From contig JBLWGC010000205.1 of the NCBI GenBank assembly GCA_048772705.1, positions 103,656 through 167,655 of the forward strand: a stretch of 64,000 bases of DNA. Direction: 5' to 3'. A program made the position numbers and the translations under genes. The DNA comes from Leidyana gryllorum EB-2025a. Taxonomy: Eukaryota; Protista; Apicomplexa. This document shows, in pieces, positions 49,788 through 62,300 of the stretch (the stretch's first letter is position 1; each line of letters begins with the position of its first letter). The notes below the pieces were generated by a model that saw only the letters and a program-made list of their open reading frames with translations, was not told where the DNA came from and made no database searches.

Positions 49788-51741
49788 CTACCCATCCATG
49801 GCATACTCGTGGTGGTCATCCTCTGGCGGGTTGGGAGGGGGCACTGACGGGCTTTGCAGAGGTAATTGCCATCGGCTTAGTGTTCTGCAATGGTTGCTGG
49901 TGAACTGGCGTCTCATCCAGTCGGATTTAAAGTCGATCAGTCCGATATTGAATGGCGTTCGGCCTTTGACGGAGTATCCTGTGGGGTCTGTCGCTGCCAA
50001 TACTTGGTGGTACCAGTTGTTGAATGTGTGGGATCGGAGTGCGTCTCGCTCCCATCCCTCGCTAACGGCCGAGTCCCTCTTGTGCATGAGACAGATGAGT
50101 GCGGAGAAGGACTGCCAATAGAGTTCGAGTCTGTCATAGTGCTGTATTTCGGCGGCGTAGAGCTCGAAGAGGCTCTCAACACCGATTCTTGAGAATATCT
50201 GGCGGAGTGTTTCGTCCCGATAGTCCCCGCTGACCATCTCCAATATAACCTGAGACCAAAACGGCTGATAGCACTGAACCCCTCCAACACACAACCTGAT
50301 TGGTCGGTCCGTCCGTCTCCGCACAGCGTCGAGTATCAAATACCAGTAAATAATCAATTCAGAACTACTCAGATAATCTGGAATGGCTAAGTGCTGTACT
50401 CTGTACGTCTCCAGGACATCGAGGATAAATACCGCGACCCTATGGGCCTCGGTATCGTCTTCGTCCAATTCCCCTACCCATTCTGCCACAACTTGACACC
50501 CATCTGACACTCGTAGCGGAGGCAAATCGTCCTCCAATTGCTCTTCGTCGTAGTTGAGCTCAATCTCCACTCTCCGGGCGATCTCCAACCGTCGATTGAG
50601 GGTCCGAGACTCTTCACGTAACCTGTCCAATGTCACACGCTGGATGTGTTTGGTGAGCATCGGCCCTCTGTTCGACCTTGCCTCGTCGACGGCGGCCCCC
50701 TGTTTCTTTCTCACGGCCTCTGGGTGGATTGGAATGGCCCAAATACCCTCAGGGGTATCTTCTAACCCGTCCATTGGCACCACACATTCGGTGGAGGACA
50801 CACAAATGGGTTCGGTGACGTCCCATAAGGCCCGATGCAGGGTCGACTCTCTGTTCTTCATGTGACGCCAGTAGTTTGTGAACCCGTTGTACACGCCGTC
50901 AGCCTCTCTAAGCAACGGGATGTCGAAATAGTGCCAAAACTCACTTGGGATCTCCCGGCCATCGCGGCCTTTCACCGTCCGTTTCCGGGATGTCATGAAT
51001 AAACCACACATGCATCCCATCAATCTCATACTCGGCCTCGGGACGGATGACGGTGATTCCGGGTTGCTGCTCAGCGGACAGAGTCTCTCCTGCGTCGCTG
51101 TTAGTGATTAAAGGCTCACTCCCTGGCACCGCGGGCGAGTTGGTGATCGGTTGATACCCTCTGGGATACTGCGTGTCAATGATGACATGCGAATGAGATG
51201 TCTTCAAAAGATCTCGAATCCGTGACTCCCGACTGTTCAATATATCACACTTCAAGTACGGCAAACTGTCCCGATGGATTGCCAGAGTCCGCATCCTTTC
51301 GGCCTCGACAGTCACCGGGGCGGTAAGGGAACCGCGAACATAGAGATAACGAAGATTGGGAAATGTCAACACTGCTCGATCGTGACTGGTCTCCGTGGCA
51401 CATAGTGTCAGGTTTTGCACACTCGCCGATCCAATAGACGAAAAGGCTTCTGCGACCTCCCAACAAGAGTCTCCATAGATTGTCAAAGTGGTGACATTCC
51501 TCCCAAGATACTTCAAACCAGCGCGACCCCCCTTCTCTACGATGTCAATTCCCTGAACAAATTCTTCCCACACCACGTCATCAAACCATGCATGGGCTCT
51601 CTCAAGATAATTCCCAACCCACTGCCTACACCGACGTGATACCATACCTAAGCAGACCAGGTCTTTCAGTGATAGAAACTGGAATAGAGTTGGTGCAAAC
51701 ATTCGGATCGAACGCCCGTATAAGAAGTCATTTAACTTCAT
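49788..51741 (-). CDS. F-box/LRR-like protein (638 aa, one intron), divergent paralog of the tandem-array genes
   Basis: F-box-like PTLFQFLSLKDLVCLGMVSRRCRQWV. The 37-nt GTGAGT..TTAG intron at 50944-50908 joins ORFs 50941..51753 and 49788..51029 in frame. Motifs are shared with the array proteins. Confidence 0.75.
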
Positions 51742-52096
51742 CCTCAAATTCAAACTATAAAGTGCACGTGATGAAGACTAAATCGATCCGTCGTGCGCTC
51801 ACAACTCAGTTGCTGTCGAATTACCAAAAGCGTACAGCCTCTCCGTCCGACACCACTACACTCGAATTTCCTGCCTCAGATCGAGCCACACTCATATGAC
51901 CCCAGACCAGCTGCATGTTAACTTAAAACACGAGTTCCAACATGCCCAAAAAATTGGGTCTGGTCACCCAAACCACAGCCACCTTGGTTCGAAAGCCAGA
52001 TAGCCGACACACGTGTCTCCATCTGCACACACCCCTTCATTATGCACTCCGGAAGAAGGCCGTTGAAATGCTGGAAAAAATACTCATCAATCCATT

Positions 52097-52729
52097 ATGA
52101 CGGAGGCTAATAAGTTGTGCATCTTCGAACGCCTGCGCAAGGGCGAACTCATATCGCCTGAGGATCCAGACGAGCACTTGCTGCTCGAAGCCTCCTATGC
52201 CACGAGGAAATTGCTGATTCAGATGAACAACGCCCCCGACCCCATCCAAGTGAGACATCTACTGAGTCAAATCACCAACACTGACATCGATCCCACTGTT
52301 AACGTCTTCACCCCCTTACACATCAATTATGGGAAGAATATAAAACTTGGGAAAAATGTTTTCATTAACTTCAACTGCACAATGCTGGATCTCGGCGGCA
52401 TCACCGTTGAAGACGACGTACTCATAGGACCTAATGTCAGCATACTGTCGGAAGGACACCCGATTTCCTTGCAAGACCGCCACGCACTCGCCACTGGAGC
52501 TATTCTAATAAAAAGACATGCCTGGATCGGCGCAGGAGCCGTCATAATGAAAGGCGTGACCATCGGCGAAAACTCCATTGTCGCCGCAGGCGCCATAGTC
52601 TCAAAAGATGTTCCTAGCAACACCATCGTTGGTGGCATTCCTGCCAGAACTCTTAGGGATATCGATGTGCCTGCTGCTAAGACTACGGCTCAAGTCCTCA
52701 GTGGTGGCGATTTAGACAAGCACTCTTGA
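52097..52729 (+). CDS. Sugar O-acetyltransferase (maltose/galactoside acetyltransferase-like, hexapeptide repeat), bacterial type, intronless
   Basis: PLHINYGKNIKLGKNVFINFNCTMLDLGGITVEDDVLIGPNV..GHP and AWIGAGAVIMKGVTIGENSIVAAGAIVSKDVPSNTIVGGIPAR. Confidence 0.93.
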   Translation: MTEANKLCIFERLRKGELISPEDPDEHLLLEASYATRKLLIQMNNAPDPIQVRHLLSQITNTDIDPTVNVFTPLHINYGKNIKLGKNVFINFNCTMLDLGGITVEDDVLIGPNVSILSEGHPISLQDRHALATGAILIKRHAWIGAGAVIMKGVTIGENSIVAAGAIVSKDVPSNTIVGGIPARTLRDIDVPAAKTTAQVLSGGDLDKHS

Positions 52730-52920
52730 TCAGATCAGGACAACAAGCAAGACGATTGCCGGCGGTCGCGATCAATCACCGAGCGAAAGGCACATTCGTG
52801 TTTTTCCGGGGGACCAATACTGCACTAAACATTGTTAGCGCTCTATTCGCTCAAATTTCAATTCTCAGACCTTCACCCGACTCGTGATGAGACATGGGGA
52901 TACAGGCGGTATAGAGAGTG

Positions 52921-53052
52921 TGCGGACGTATTTTGACAGTCGGGCCTATCAGTTTCTTAGAGCTGAGCCAGCGAGTGTCTGTGTAAGCTCACATTCCGGA
53001 AGAAAATGGAGGATCTGAGTCCATATGATTCCACTGAAGCCGATTTGCCTCA
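52921..53052 (-). pseudogene. 5' remnant of an array F-box gene
   Basis: MRQIGFSGIIWTQILHFLP is intact, then a ~34-bp foreign insertion with an early stop. Homology is lost below about 52920. Confidence 0.8.
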
Positions 53053-53344
53053 TTTAACGGTCGACACCTTAACCGGAAACACACACTGCACACACACCGA
53101 ACACCGATCGACGGAGCCGCCGTGAGGCCCGATAATTGAAATGGAATCGTTCGAGCGCTTCCCAGAGCATGTCTGTCATCTTAGCGTTGCATCATTAATA
53201 ATAGTGTGCACAACAGTACCGGTACAATCGTATCAGTCAACAGTATTGCATTTTACATTTTGATCGGTTGCAAAATCGACATCTATTAAATTCATAATGT
53301 GTCATCATTGTGGTGCACAACACAAACTTATTACCGCTCAAATC

Positions 53345-55296
53345 TCAGTATCTCCCCGACTCGCCGAATGCTGGCCACAGAGCCTTTCTGATTCCCCAAT
53401 CGTGAAGTTCTGAGAATCTTCCTGACCACAGTCGATCAATGAGCCATTTGTGATCAGATGGCAAACGTCCTATTTTCATTTGAGACAGTCCCCACTTCGG
53501 CTGTGCCGCTTCTGACACCTCAGTGAGCAGTCCCCGATACCATAGCTGGATATGTATCAGCGGGAGTCTGCCGAAGCCTGAATGAATACCCCGCCAATAC
53601 TTTATCTGCCCATTCAGCCGTCGCCAAGCCGCCGACTTGTCGGTGAACGAGGAAAGCAAATAGTCATTTATCTCGCGCTTTTCAACTCCTAAACTTTCCA
53701 GAACGAGGGCCGCAGTCTCATCTGTGTAGCGGCCGGATATCATCTCGCTGATCGCTCGAGATAGAGGGCGCGTGAAAATCACAACACTCTGGAACCCGTG
53801 CCGCAGTCGCTTCCCAGAGGACTTCCAGATTGTGTGAGCGATCAAATAAAGCCACACGAGGTTCTCGAAGTATCCGTCCCAATCACTTATTGCCACACTG
53901 TCAATATCGAATCGCTCCAGAGCCTCTCTATATTCCGGGGCGTTCAGCCCATCCACAACCGGGGAGACACCACGGAGACCAAAGCTGAGGACGCGATGGC
54001 TCCCAGAGGGCCGTGGACAGTGTTCTGGTCGCCACGTTAGCCTTAGCTGCTGCCAAACGCTCAGCGTCAGTTCAACTCGCTCCAATGAGGCTAAGTCAGA
54101 GAAGTCTAAGGTGTCCACTCTCACTGTCGGGTCGGCAGTATTCACATAAACGAGACTCTTAGCCGTCGACCACTCCAACGAGTCAATTTTGAATCCGTCA
54201 GGCCATAAATAAATAACCCCATCCGATTCCGGAACAAATCCGGGGTCCTCTCGGAGTAGTGGTAGTCGCCAGATCCAATCAGGGAGGGTGGAGAGATCTC
54301 CGTTCTCAGCCAACTTCAGCCACGAAGGACACAGTATCTCACCAGGAGGCCCTTCACGCCGCAAGAACACAGAAAGCCACAGACACATACGCACCAATCC
54401 TTCCACACATTCTTTCGGAAAGAATTCACGTCGGCATCTCCACTGCTCTCTCAGGAAATCCCGAACGATTCCACATTCACTGTAGCATTACATCACAATA
54501 TTTCCAACAAACTGATCGCTTACCGCTCAGTCGTCGGACATCCGTCCTCGAGATGGACACTCCCTGGTGCCGTGGGATTATTGTGTGTCCACGCCGACGG
54601 CTGTGGCAATAGCAGGTGACACACACCTGTCTTCTTCCATCTATCATCGTGGGCGGAATCGTCTCCAAAATCGAGATTCCTCACTCCCCGCCACGCGTAC
54701 TCCATCCTCGTGTCGGCTACGTATATCACTGGAAACGGCGTCGAGGGAAGGGCGGCTGTGAAAGGTATCACAACCCATTCGGCTAATGAATGGGCTATGC
54801 GATCCCGACATGCTGCCGGCGCAATCAGTGTGCGTAGCTGTGGAGCAATCAACCGCAGACGAGTGAAGGGTGGTATGTCGACATCCACAGAAAATATTTC
54901 CAAAAGCGGAAGGGTCCACGTAATCTGGAGGAGATCCCTGGATAGGGTCCGACCCACCAAGTGCAACAATCTGAGTACGGGGAGACCCTTGACCATCAAA
55001 CGTTTCAGAAACTCAGCGGGTGCGTCATTCTGGTCCGCGGTTCCGTCTATTTCCACATACAAAAAGGTCAGCGATTCCCGAGAGCGATCCACCCAGCTCC
55101 AGAACCAAGAAGTGTGATATATCTGTCGTAGCAATACATCACAGAGGTACAGGTGTGTGGATCGGAATGGGGATGAAGGCGATTCAATGAGTGCGCGGAA
55201 GTATTTTGACAGTCGGGCTATCCGTGAAAGCTCGCATGTCGGAAGAAAATGGAGGATCTGAGTCCATATGATTCCACTGAAGCCGATTTGCCTCAT
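53345..55296 (-). CDS. F-box/LRR-like protein copy A (635 aa; intron 54523-54480)
   Basis: F-box-like IWTQILHFLPTCELSRIARLSKYFRALIESP and LxxLxL repeats. A 44-nt GTAAGC..CTACAG intron joins the 258-aa and 353-aa ORFs in frame (773+1135 nt). Confidence 0.8.
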
Positions 55297-55581
55297 TTAA
55301 CGGTCGACACCTTAACCGGAAACACACACTGCACACACATCGAACACCGATCAGCGGCCGCCGTGAGGCCCGATAGTTGGAATGGAATCGTTCGAGCGCT
55401 CCCCAGAGCGTTTCTGTCATCTTAGCGTTGCATCATTAATAAAAGTGATGCACAACTGTACCGGTACAATCGTATCAGTCGACAGTATGGCACATTTTGA
55501 TCGGTTGCAAAATCGACATCCAGCAAATTCATAATGTGTCATGATTGTGGTGCACAACACAAACTTATTACCGCTCAAATC

Positions 55582-57530
55582 TCAGTATCTCCCCGCCTCG
55601 CGGAATGCTGGCCACAGAGCCTTTCTGATTCCCCAATCGTGAAGCTCTGAGAATCTTCCGGACCACAGTCGATCAATGAGCCATTTGTGATCAGATGGCA
55701 AACGTCCTATTTCCAGTTGAGACAATCCCCACTTCGGCTGTGCCGCTTCTGACACCTCAGTGAGCAGTCCCCGATACCACAGCTGGATATGTATCAGCGG
55801 GAGTCTGCTGAAGCCTAAATGAACAACCGGCCAACACTTTATCTGCCCATTCAGCCGTCGCCAAGCCGCCGACTTGTCGGTGAACGAGGAAAGCAAATAG
55901 TCATTTATCTCGCGCTTCTCAACGCCGAAACCTTCCAGAACGAGAGTCACAGTCCCATCTGTGTAGCGGCCGGATATCATCTCGCTGATCGATCGAGATA
56001 GAGGGCGCGTGAAAATCACAACACTCTGGAACCCGTGCCGCAGTCGCTTCCCAGAGGACTTCCAGATTGTGTGAGCGATCAAATAAAGCCACACGAGGTT
56101 CACGAAGTTTCCGCCCGAATCACATATTGCCACACTGTCAATGTCGAACCGCTCCAGAGCCTCTCTATATTCCGGGGCGTTCAGTCCATCCACAACCGGG
56201 GAGACACCACGGAGACCAAAGCTGAGGACGCGATGGCTCCCAGAGGGCCGTGGACAGTGGTCTGGTCGCCACGTTAGCCTTAGCTGCTGCCAAACGCTCA
56301 GCGGAAGTTCAACTCGCTCCAGTGAGGCTAAGTCAGAGAAGTCTAAGGTGTCCACTCTCACTGACGGGTCGGCAGTATTCACATAAATGAGACTCTTAGC
56401 CGTCGACCACTCCAACGAGTCAATTTTGAATCCGTCAGGCCATAAATAAATAACGCCTTCCGATTCCGGAACAAATCCGGGGTCCTCTCGGAGTAGTGGT
56501 AGTCGCCAGATCCAAGTAGGGAGGGTGGAGAGATCTCCGTTCTCAGCCAACTTCAGCCACGAAGGACACAGTATCTCACCAGGAGGCCCTTCACGCCGCA
56601 AAAACACAGAAAGGCACAGACACATACGCACCAATCCTTCCACACATTCTTTCGGAAAGAATTCACGTCGGCACCTCCACTGCTCTCTCAGGAAATCCCG
56701 AACGATTCCACATTCACTGTAATATTATATCACAATATTTCCAACAAAGTGATCCCTTACCGCTCAGTCGTCGGACATCCGTCCTCGAGATGGACACTCC
56801 CTGGTGCCGTGGAATTATTGTGTGTCCAAGCCGACGGCTGTGGCAATAGCAGGTGACACACACCTGTCTTCTTCCATCTATCATCGTGGGCGGAATCGTC
56901 TCCGAAGGCGCTATCCCTGACTCCCCGCCACGCGTACTCCATCCTCGTGTCGGCTACGTATATCACTGGAAACGGCGTCGAAGGAAAGGCTGTGAAAGGT
57001 ATCACAACCCGTCTGGCTAATGAATGGGATATGCGATCCCGACATGCTGCCGGCGCAATCAGTGTGCGTAGCTGTGGAGCAATCAACCGCAGACGAGTGA
57101 AGGGTGGTATGTCGACATCCACAGAAAATATTTCCAAAAGCGGAAGGGTCCACGTAATCTGGAGGAGATCCCGGGATAGGGTCCGACCCACCAAGTGCAA
57201 CAATCTGAGTACGGGGAGACCCTTGACCATCAAACGTTTCAGAAACTCAGCGGATGCGTCATTCTGGTCCGCGCTTGCAAATATTTCCACAAACAGAAAG
57301 GTCAGCGATTCCCGAGAGCGATCCACCCAGCTCCAGAACCAAGAAGTGTGATGTATTTGTCGTAGCAATACATCACAGAGGTACAGGTGTGTGGATCGGA
57401 ATGGGGATGAAGGCGATTCAATGAGTGCGCGGAAGTATTTTGACAGTCGGGCTATCCGTGAAAGCTCGCATGTCGGAAGAAAATGGAGGATCTGAGTCCA
57501 TATGATTCCGCTGAAGCCGATTTGCTTCAT
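55582..57530 (-). CDS. F-box/LRR-like protein copy B (intron 56760-56717)
   Basis: Same structure as copy A, with a GTAAGG..TACAG intron. Confidence 0.8.
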
Positions 57531-57815
57531 TTAACGGTCGACACCTTAACCGGAAACACACACTGCACACACACCGAACACCGATCGGCGGCCGCCGTGA
57601 GGCCCGATAGTTGGAATGGAATCTTTCGAGCGCTCCCCAGAGCGTTTCTGTCATCTTAGCGTTGCATCATTAATAAAAGTGATGCACAACTGTACCGGTA
57701 CAATCGTATCAGTCGACAGTATGGCACAATTTGATCGGTTGCAAAATCGACATCTATTAAATTCATAATGTGTCATCATTGTGGTGCACAACACAAACTT
57801 ATTACCGCTCAAATC

Positions 57816-59764
57816 TCAGTATCTCCCCACCTCGACGAATGCTGGCCACAGAGCCTTTCTGATTCCCCAATCGTGAACCTCTGAGAATCTTCCCGACCAC
57901 AGTCGATCAATGAGCCATTTGTGATCAGATGGCAAACGTCCTATTTTCATTTGAGACAATCCCCACTTCGGCTGTGCCGCTTCTGACACCTCAGTGAGCA
58001 GTCCCCGATACCACAGCTGGATATGTATCAGCGGGAGTCTCCCGGAGCCTGAATGAACACCCGGCCAACACTTTATCTGCCCATTCAGCCTTCGCCAAGC
58101 CGCCGACTTGTCGGTGAACGAGGAAAGCAAATAGTCATTTATCTCGCGCTTCTCAACGCCGAAACCTTCCAGAACGAGGGCCACAGTCCCATCTGTGTAG
58201 CGGCCGGATATCATCTCGCTGATCGATCGAGATACAGGGCGCGTGAAAATCGGAACACTCTGGAACCCGTGCCGCAGTCGCTTCCCAGAGGACTTCCAGA
58301 TTGTGTGAGCGATCAAATAAAGCCACACGAGGTTCACGAAGTGTCCGTCCCAATCACTTATTGCCACACTGTCAATATCGAATCGCTCCAGAGCCTCTCT
58401 ATATTCCGGGGCGTTCAGTCCATCCACAACCGGGGAGACACCACGGTGACCAAAGCTGAGGACGCGATGGCTCCCAGAGGGCCGTGGACAGTGTTCTGGT
58501 CGCCACGTTAGTCTCAGCTGCTGCCAAACGCTCAGCGGCAGTTCAACTCGCTCCAATGAGGCTAAGTCAGAGAAATCTAAGGTGTCCACTCTCACAGTCG
58601 GGTCGGCAGTATTCACATAAACGAGACTCTTAGTCGTCGACCACTCCAATGGGTCAGTTTTGAATCCGTCAGGCCATAAATAAATAACCCCACCCGATGC
58701 CGGAACAAATCCGGGGTCCTCTCGGAGTAGTGGTAGTCGCCAGATCCAAGTAGGGAGGGTGGAGAGATCTCCGTTCTCAGCCAACTTCAGCCACGAAGGA
58801 CACAGTATCTCACCAGGAGGCCCTTCACGCCGCAAGAACACAGAAAGCCACAGACACATACGCGCCAATCCTTCCACACATTCTTTCGGAAAGAATTCAC
58901 GTCGGCATCTCCACTGCTCTCTCAGGAAATCCCGAACGATTCCACATTCACTGTAGCATTACATCACAATATTTCCAACAAACTGATCGCTCACCGCTCA
59001 GTCGTCGGACATCCGTCCTCGAGATGGACACTCCCTGGTGCCGTGGGATTATTGTGTGTCCACGCCGACGGCTGTGGCAACAGCAGGTGACACACACCTG
59101 TCTTCTTCCATCTATCATCGTGGGCGGAATCGTCTCCGAACTCGAGATTCCTCACTCCCCGCCACGCGTACTCCATCCTCGTGTCGGCTACGTACATCAC
59201 TGAAAACGGCGTCGAAGGAAAGGCTGTGAAAGGTATCACAACCCATTCGGCTAATGAATGTGATATGCGAGCCCGACATGCTTCCCGCGCAATCAGTGTG
59301 CGTAGCTGTGGAGCAATCAACCGCAGACGAGTGGAGGGTGGTATGTCGACATCCACAGAAAATATTTCCAAAAGCGGAAGGGTCCACGTAATCTGGAGGA
59401 GATCCCTGGATAGGGTCCAACCCACCAAGTGCAACAATCTGAGTACGGGGAGACCCTTGACCATCAAACGTTTCAGAAACTCAGTGGACGCGTCATTCTG
59501 GTCCGCGCTTGCAAATATTTCCACACACAGAAAGGTCAGCGATTCCCGAGAGCGATCCACCCAGCTCCAGAACCAAGAAGTGTGATATATCTGTCGTAGC
59601 AATACATCACAGAGGTACAGGTGTGTAGATCGGAATGGGGATGAAGGCGATTCAATGAGTGCGCGGAAGTATTTTGACAGACGGGCTATCCGCGAAAGCT
59701 CACGTGTCGGAAGAAAATGGAGGATCTGAGTCCATATGATTCCACTGAAGCCGATTTGCCTCAT
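57816..59764 (-). CDS. F-box/LRR-like protein copy C
   Basis: Same structure; the donor variant GTGAGC retains GT. Confidence 0.8.
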
Positions 59765-60056
59765 TTAACGGTCGACACCTTAACCGGAAACACACACTGC
59801 ACACACACCGAACACCGATCGACGGAGCCGCCGTGAGGCCCGATAATTGAAATGGAATCGTTCGAGCGCTTCCCAGAGCATGTCTGTCATCTTAGCGTTG
59901 CATCATTAAAAATAGTGATGCACAACAGTACCGGTACAATCGTATCAGTCAACAGTATTGCATTTTACATTTTGATCGGTTGCAAAATCGACATCTATTA
60001 AATTCATAATGTGTCATCATTGTGGTGCACAACACAAACTTATTACCGCTCAAATC

Positions 60057-62008
60057 TCAGTATCTCCCCGACTCGCCGAATGCTGGCCACAGAGCCTTTC
60101 TGATTCCCCAATCGTGAAGTTCTGAGAATCTTCCTGACCACAGTCGATCAATGAGCCATTTGTGATCAGATGGCAAACGTCCTATTTTCATTTGAGACAG
60201 TCCCCACTTCGGCTGTGCCGCTTCTGACACCTCAGTGAGCAGTCCCCGATACCATAGCTGGATATGTATCAGCGGGAGTCTGCCGAAGCCTGAATGAATA
60301 CCCCGCCAATACTTTATCTGCCCATTCAGCCGTCGCCAAGCCGCCGACTTGTCGGTGAACGAGGAAAGCAAATAGTCATTTATCTCGCGCTTTTCAACTC
60401 CTAAACTTTCCAGAACGAGGGCCGCAGTCTCATCTGTGTAGCGGCCGGATATCATCTCGCTGATCGCTCGAGATAGAGGGCGCGTGAAAATCACAACACT
60501 CTGGAACCCGTGCCGCAGTCGCTTCCCAGAGGACTTCCAGATTGTGTGAGCGATCAAATAAAGCCACACGAGGTTCTCGAAGTATCCGTCCCAATCACTT
60601 ATTGCCACACTGTCAATGTCGAACCGCTCCAGAGCCTCTCTATATTCCGGGGCGTTCAGTCCATCCACAACCGGGGAGACACCACGGAGACCAAAGCTGA
60701 GGACGCGATGGCTCCCAGAGGGCCGTGGACAGTGTTCTGGTCGCCACGTTAGCCTCAGCTGCTGCCAAACGCTCAGCGGCAGTTCAACTCGCTCCAGTGA
60801 GGCTAAGTCAGAGAAGTCTAAGGTGTCCACTCTCACTGTCGGGTCGGCAGTATTCACATAAACGAGACTCTTAGCCGTCGACCACTCCAATGGGTCAGTT
60901 TTGAATCCGTCAGGCCATAAATAAATAACGCCTTCCGATTCCGGAACAAATCCGGGGTCCTCTCGGAGTAGTGGTAGTCGCCAGATCCAATCAGGGAGGG
61001 TGGAGAGATCTCCGTTCTCAGCCAACTTCAGCCACGAAGGACACAGTATCTCACCAGGAGGCCCTTCACGCCGCAAGAACACAGAAAGCCACAGACACAT
61101 ACGCACCAATCCTTCCACACATTCTTTCGGAAAGAATTCACGTCGGCATCTCCACTGCTCTCTCAGGAAATCCCGAACGATTCCACATTCACTGTAGCAT
61201 TACATCACAATATTTCCAACAAACTGATCGCTTACCGCTCAGTCGTCGGACATCCGTCCTCGAGATGGACACTCCCTGGTGCCGTGGGATTATTGTGTGT
61301 CCACGCCGACGGCTGTGGCAATAGCAGGTGACACACACCTGTCTTCTTCCATCTATCATCGTGGGCGGAATCGTCTCCAAAATCGAGATTCCTCACTCCC
61401 CGCCACGCGTACTCCATCCTCGTGTCGGCTACGTATATCACTGGAAACGGCGTCGAGGGAAGGGCGGCTGTGAAAGGTATCACAACCCATTCGGCTAATG
61501 AATGGGCTATGCGATCCCGACATGCTGCCGGCGCAATCAGTGTGCGTAGCTGTGGAGCAATCAACCGCAGACGAGTGAAGGGTGGTATGTCGACATCCAC
61601 AGAAAATATTTCCAAAAGCGGAAGGGTCCACGTAATCTGGAGGAGATCCCTGGATAGGGTCCGACCCACCAAGTGCAACAATCTGAGTACGGGGAGACCC
61701 TTGACCATCAAACGTTTCAGAAACTCAGCGGGTGCGTCATTCTGGTCCGCGGTTCCGTCTATTTCCACAAACAGAAAGGTCAGCGATTCCCGAGAGCGAT
61801 CCACCCAGCTCCAGAACCAAGAAGTGTGATATATCTGTCGTAGCAATACATCACAGAGGTACAGGTGTGTAGATCGGAATGGGGATGAAGGCGATTCAAT
61901 GAGTGCGCGGAAGTATTTTGACAGACGGGCTATCCGCGAAAGCTCACGTGTCGGAAGAAAATGGAGGATCTGAGTCCATATGATTCCACTGAAGCCGATT
62001 TGCCTCAT
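60057..62008 (-). CDS. F-box/LRR-like protein copy D
   Basis: Same structure as copy A. Confidence 0.8.
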
Positions 62009-62300
62009 TTAACGGTCGACACCTTAACCGGAAACACACACTGCACACACACCGAACACCGATCGACGGAGCCGCCGTGAGGCCCGATAATTGAAATGGA
62101 ATCGTTCGAGCGCTTCCCAGAGCATGTCTGTCATCTTAGCGTTGCATCATTAAAAATAGTGATGCACAACAGTACCGGTACAATCGTATCAGTCAACAGT
62201 ATTGCATTTTACATTTTGATCGGTTGCAAAATCGACATCTATTAAATTCATAATGTGTCATCATTGTGGTGCACAACACAAACTTATTACCGCTCAAATC

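Noticed and set aside
49150-50121. 323-aa plus-strand ORF
   Set aside because: It overlaps Dcu out of frame and the F-box gene antisense, starts at a non-ATG codon and has no motifs.
50908-51029. Programmed frameshift between overlapping ORFs 50941..51753 and 49788..51029
   Set aside because: Explained by a canonical 37-nt intron that restores the frame.
47895-52729. Bacterial contaminant contig
   Set aside because: The bacterial-type genes alternate with intron-containing genes, are not in an operon, and Dcu has a large insertion. Read-level confirmation is still needed.
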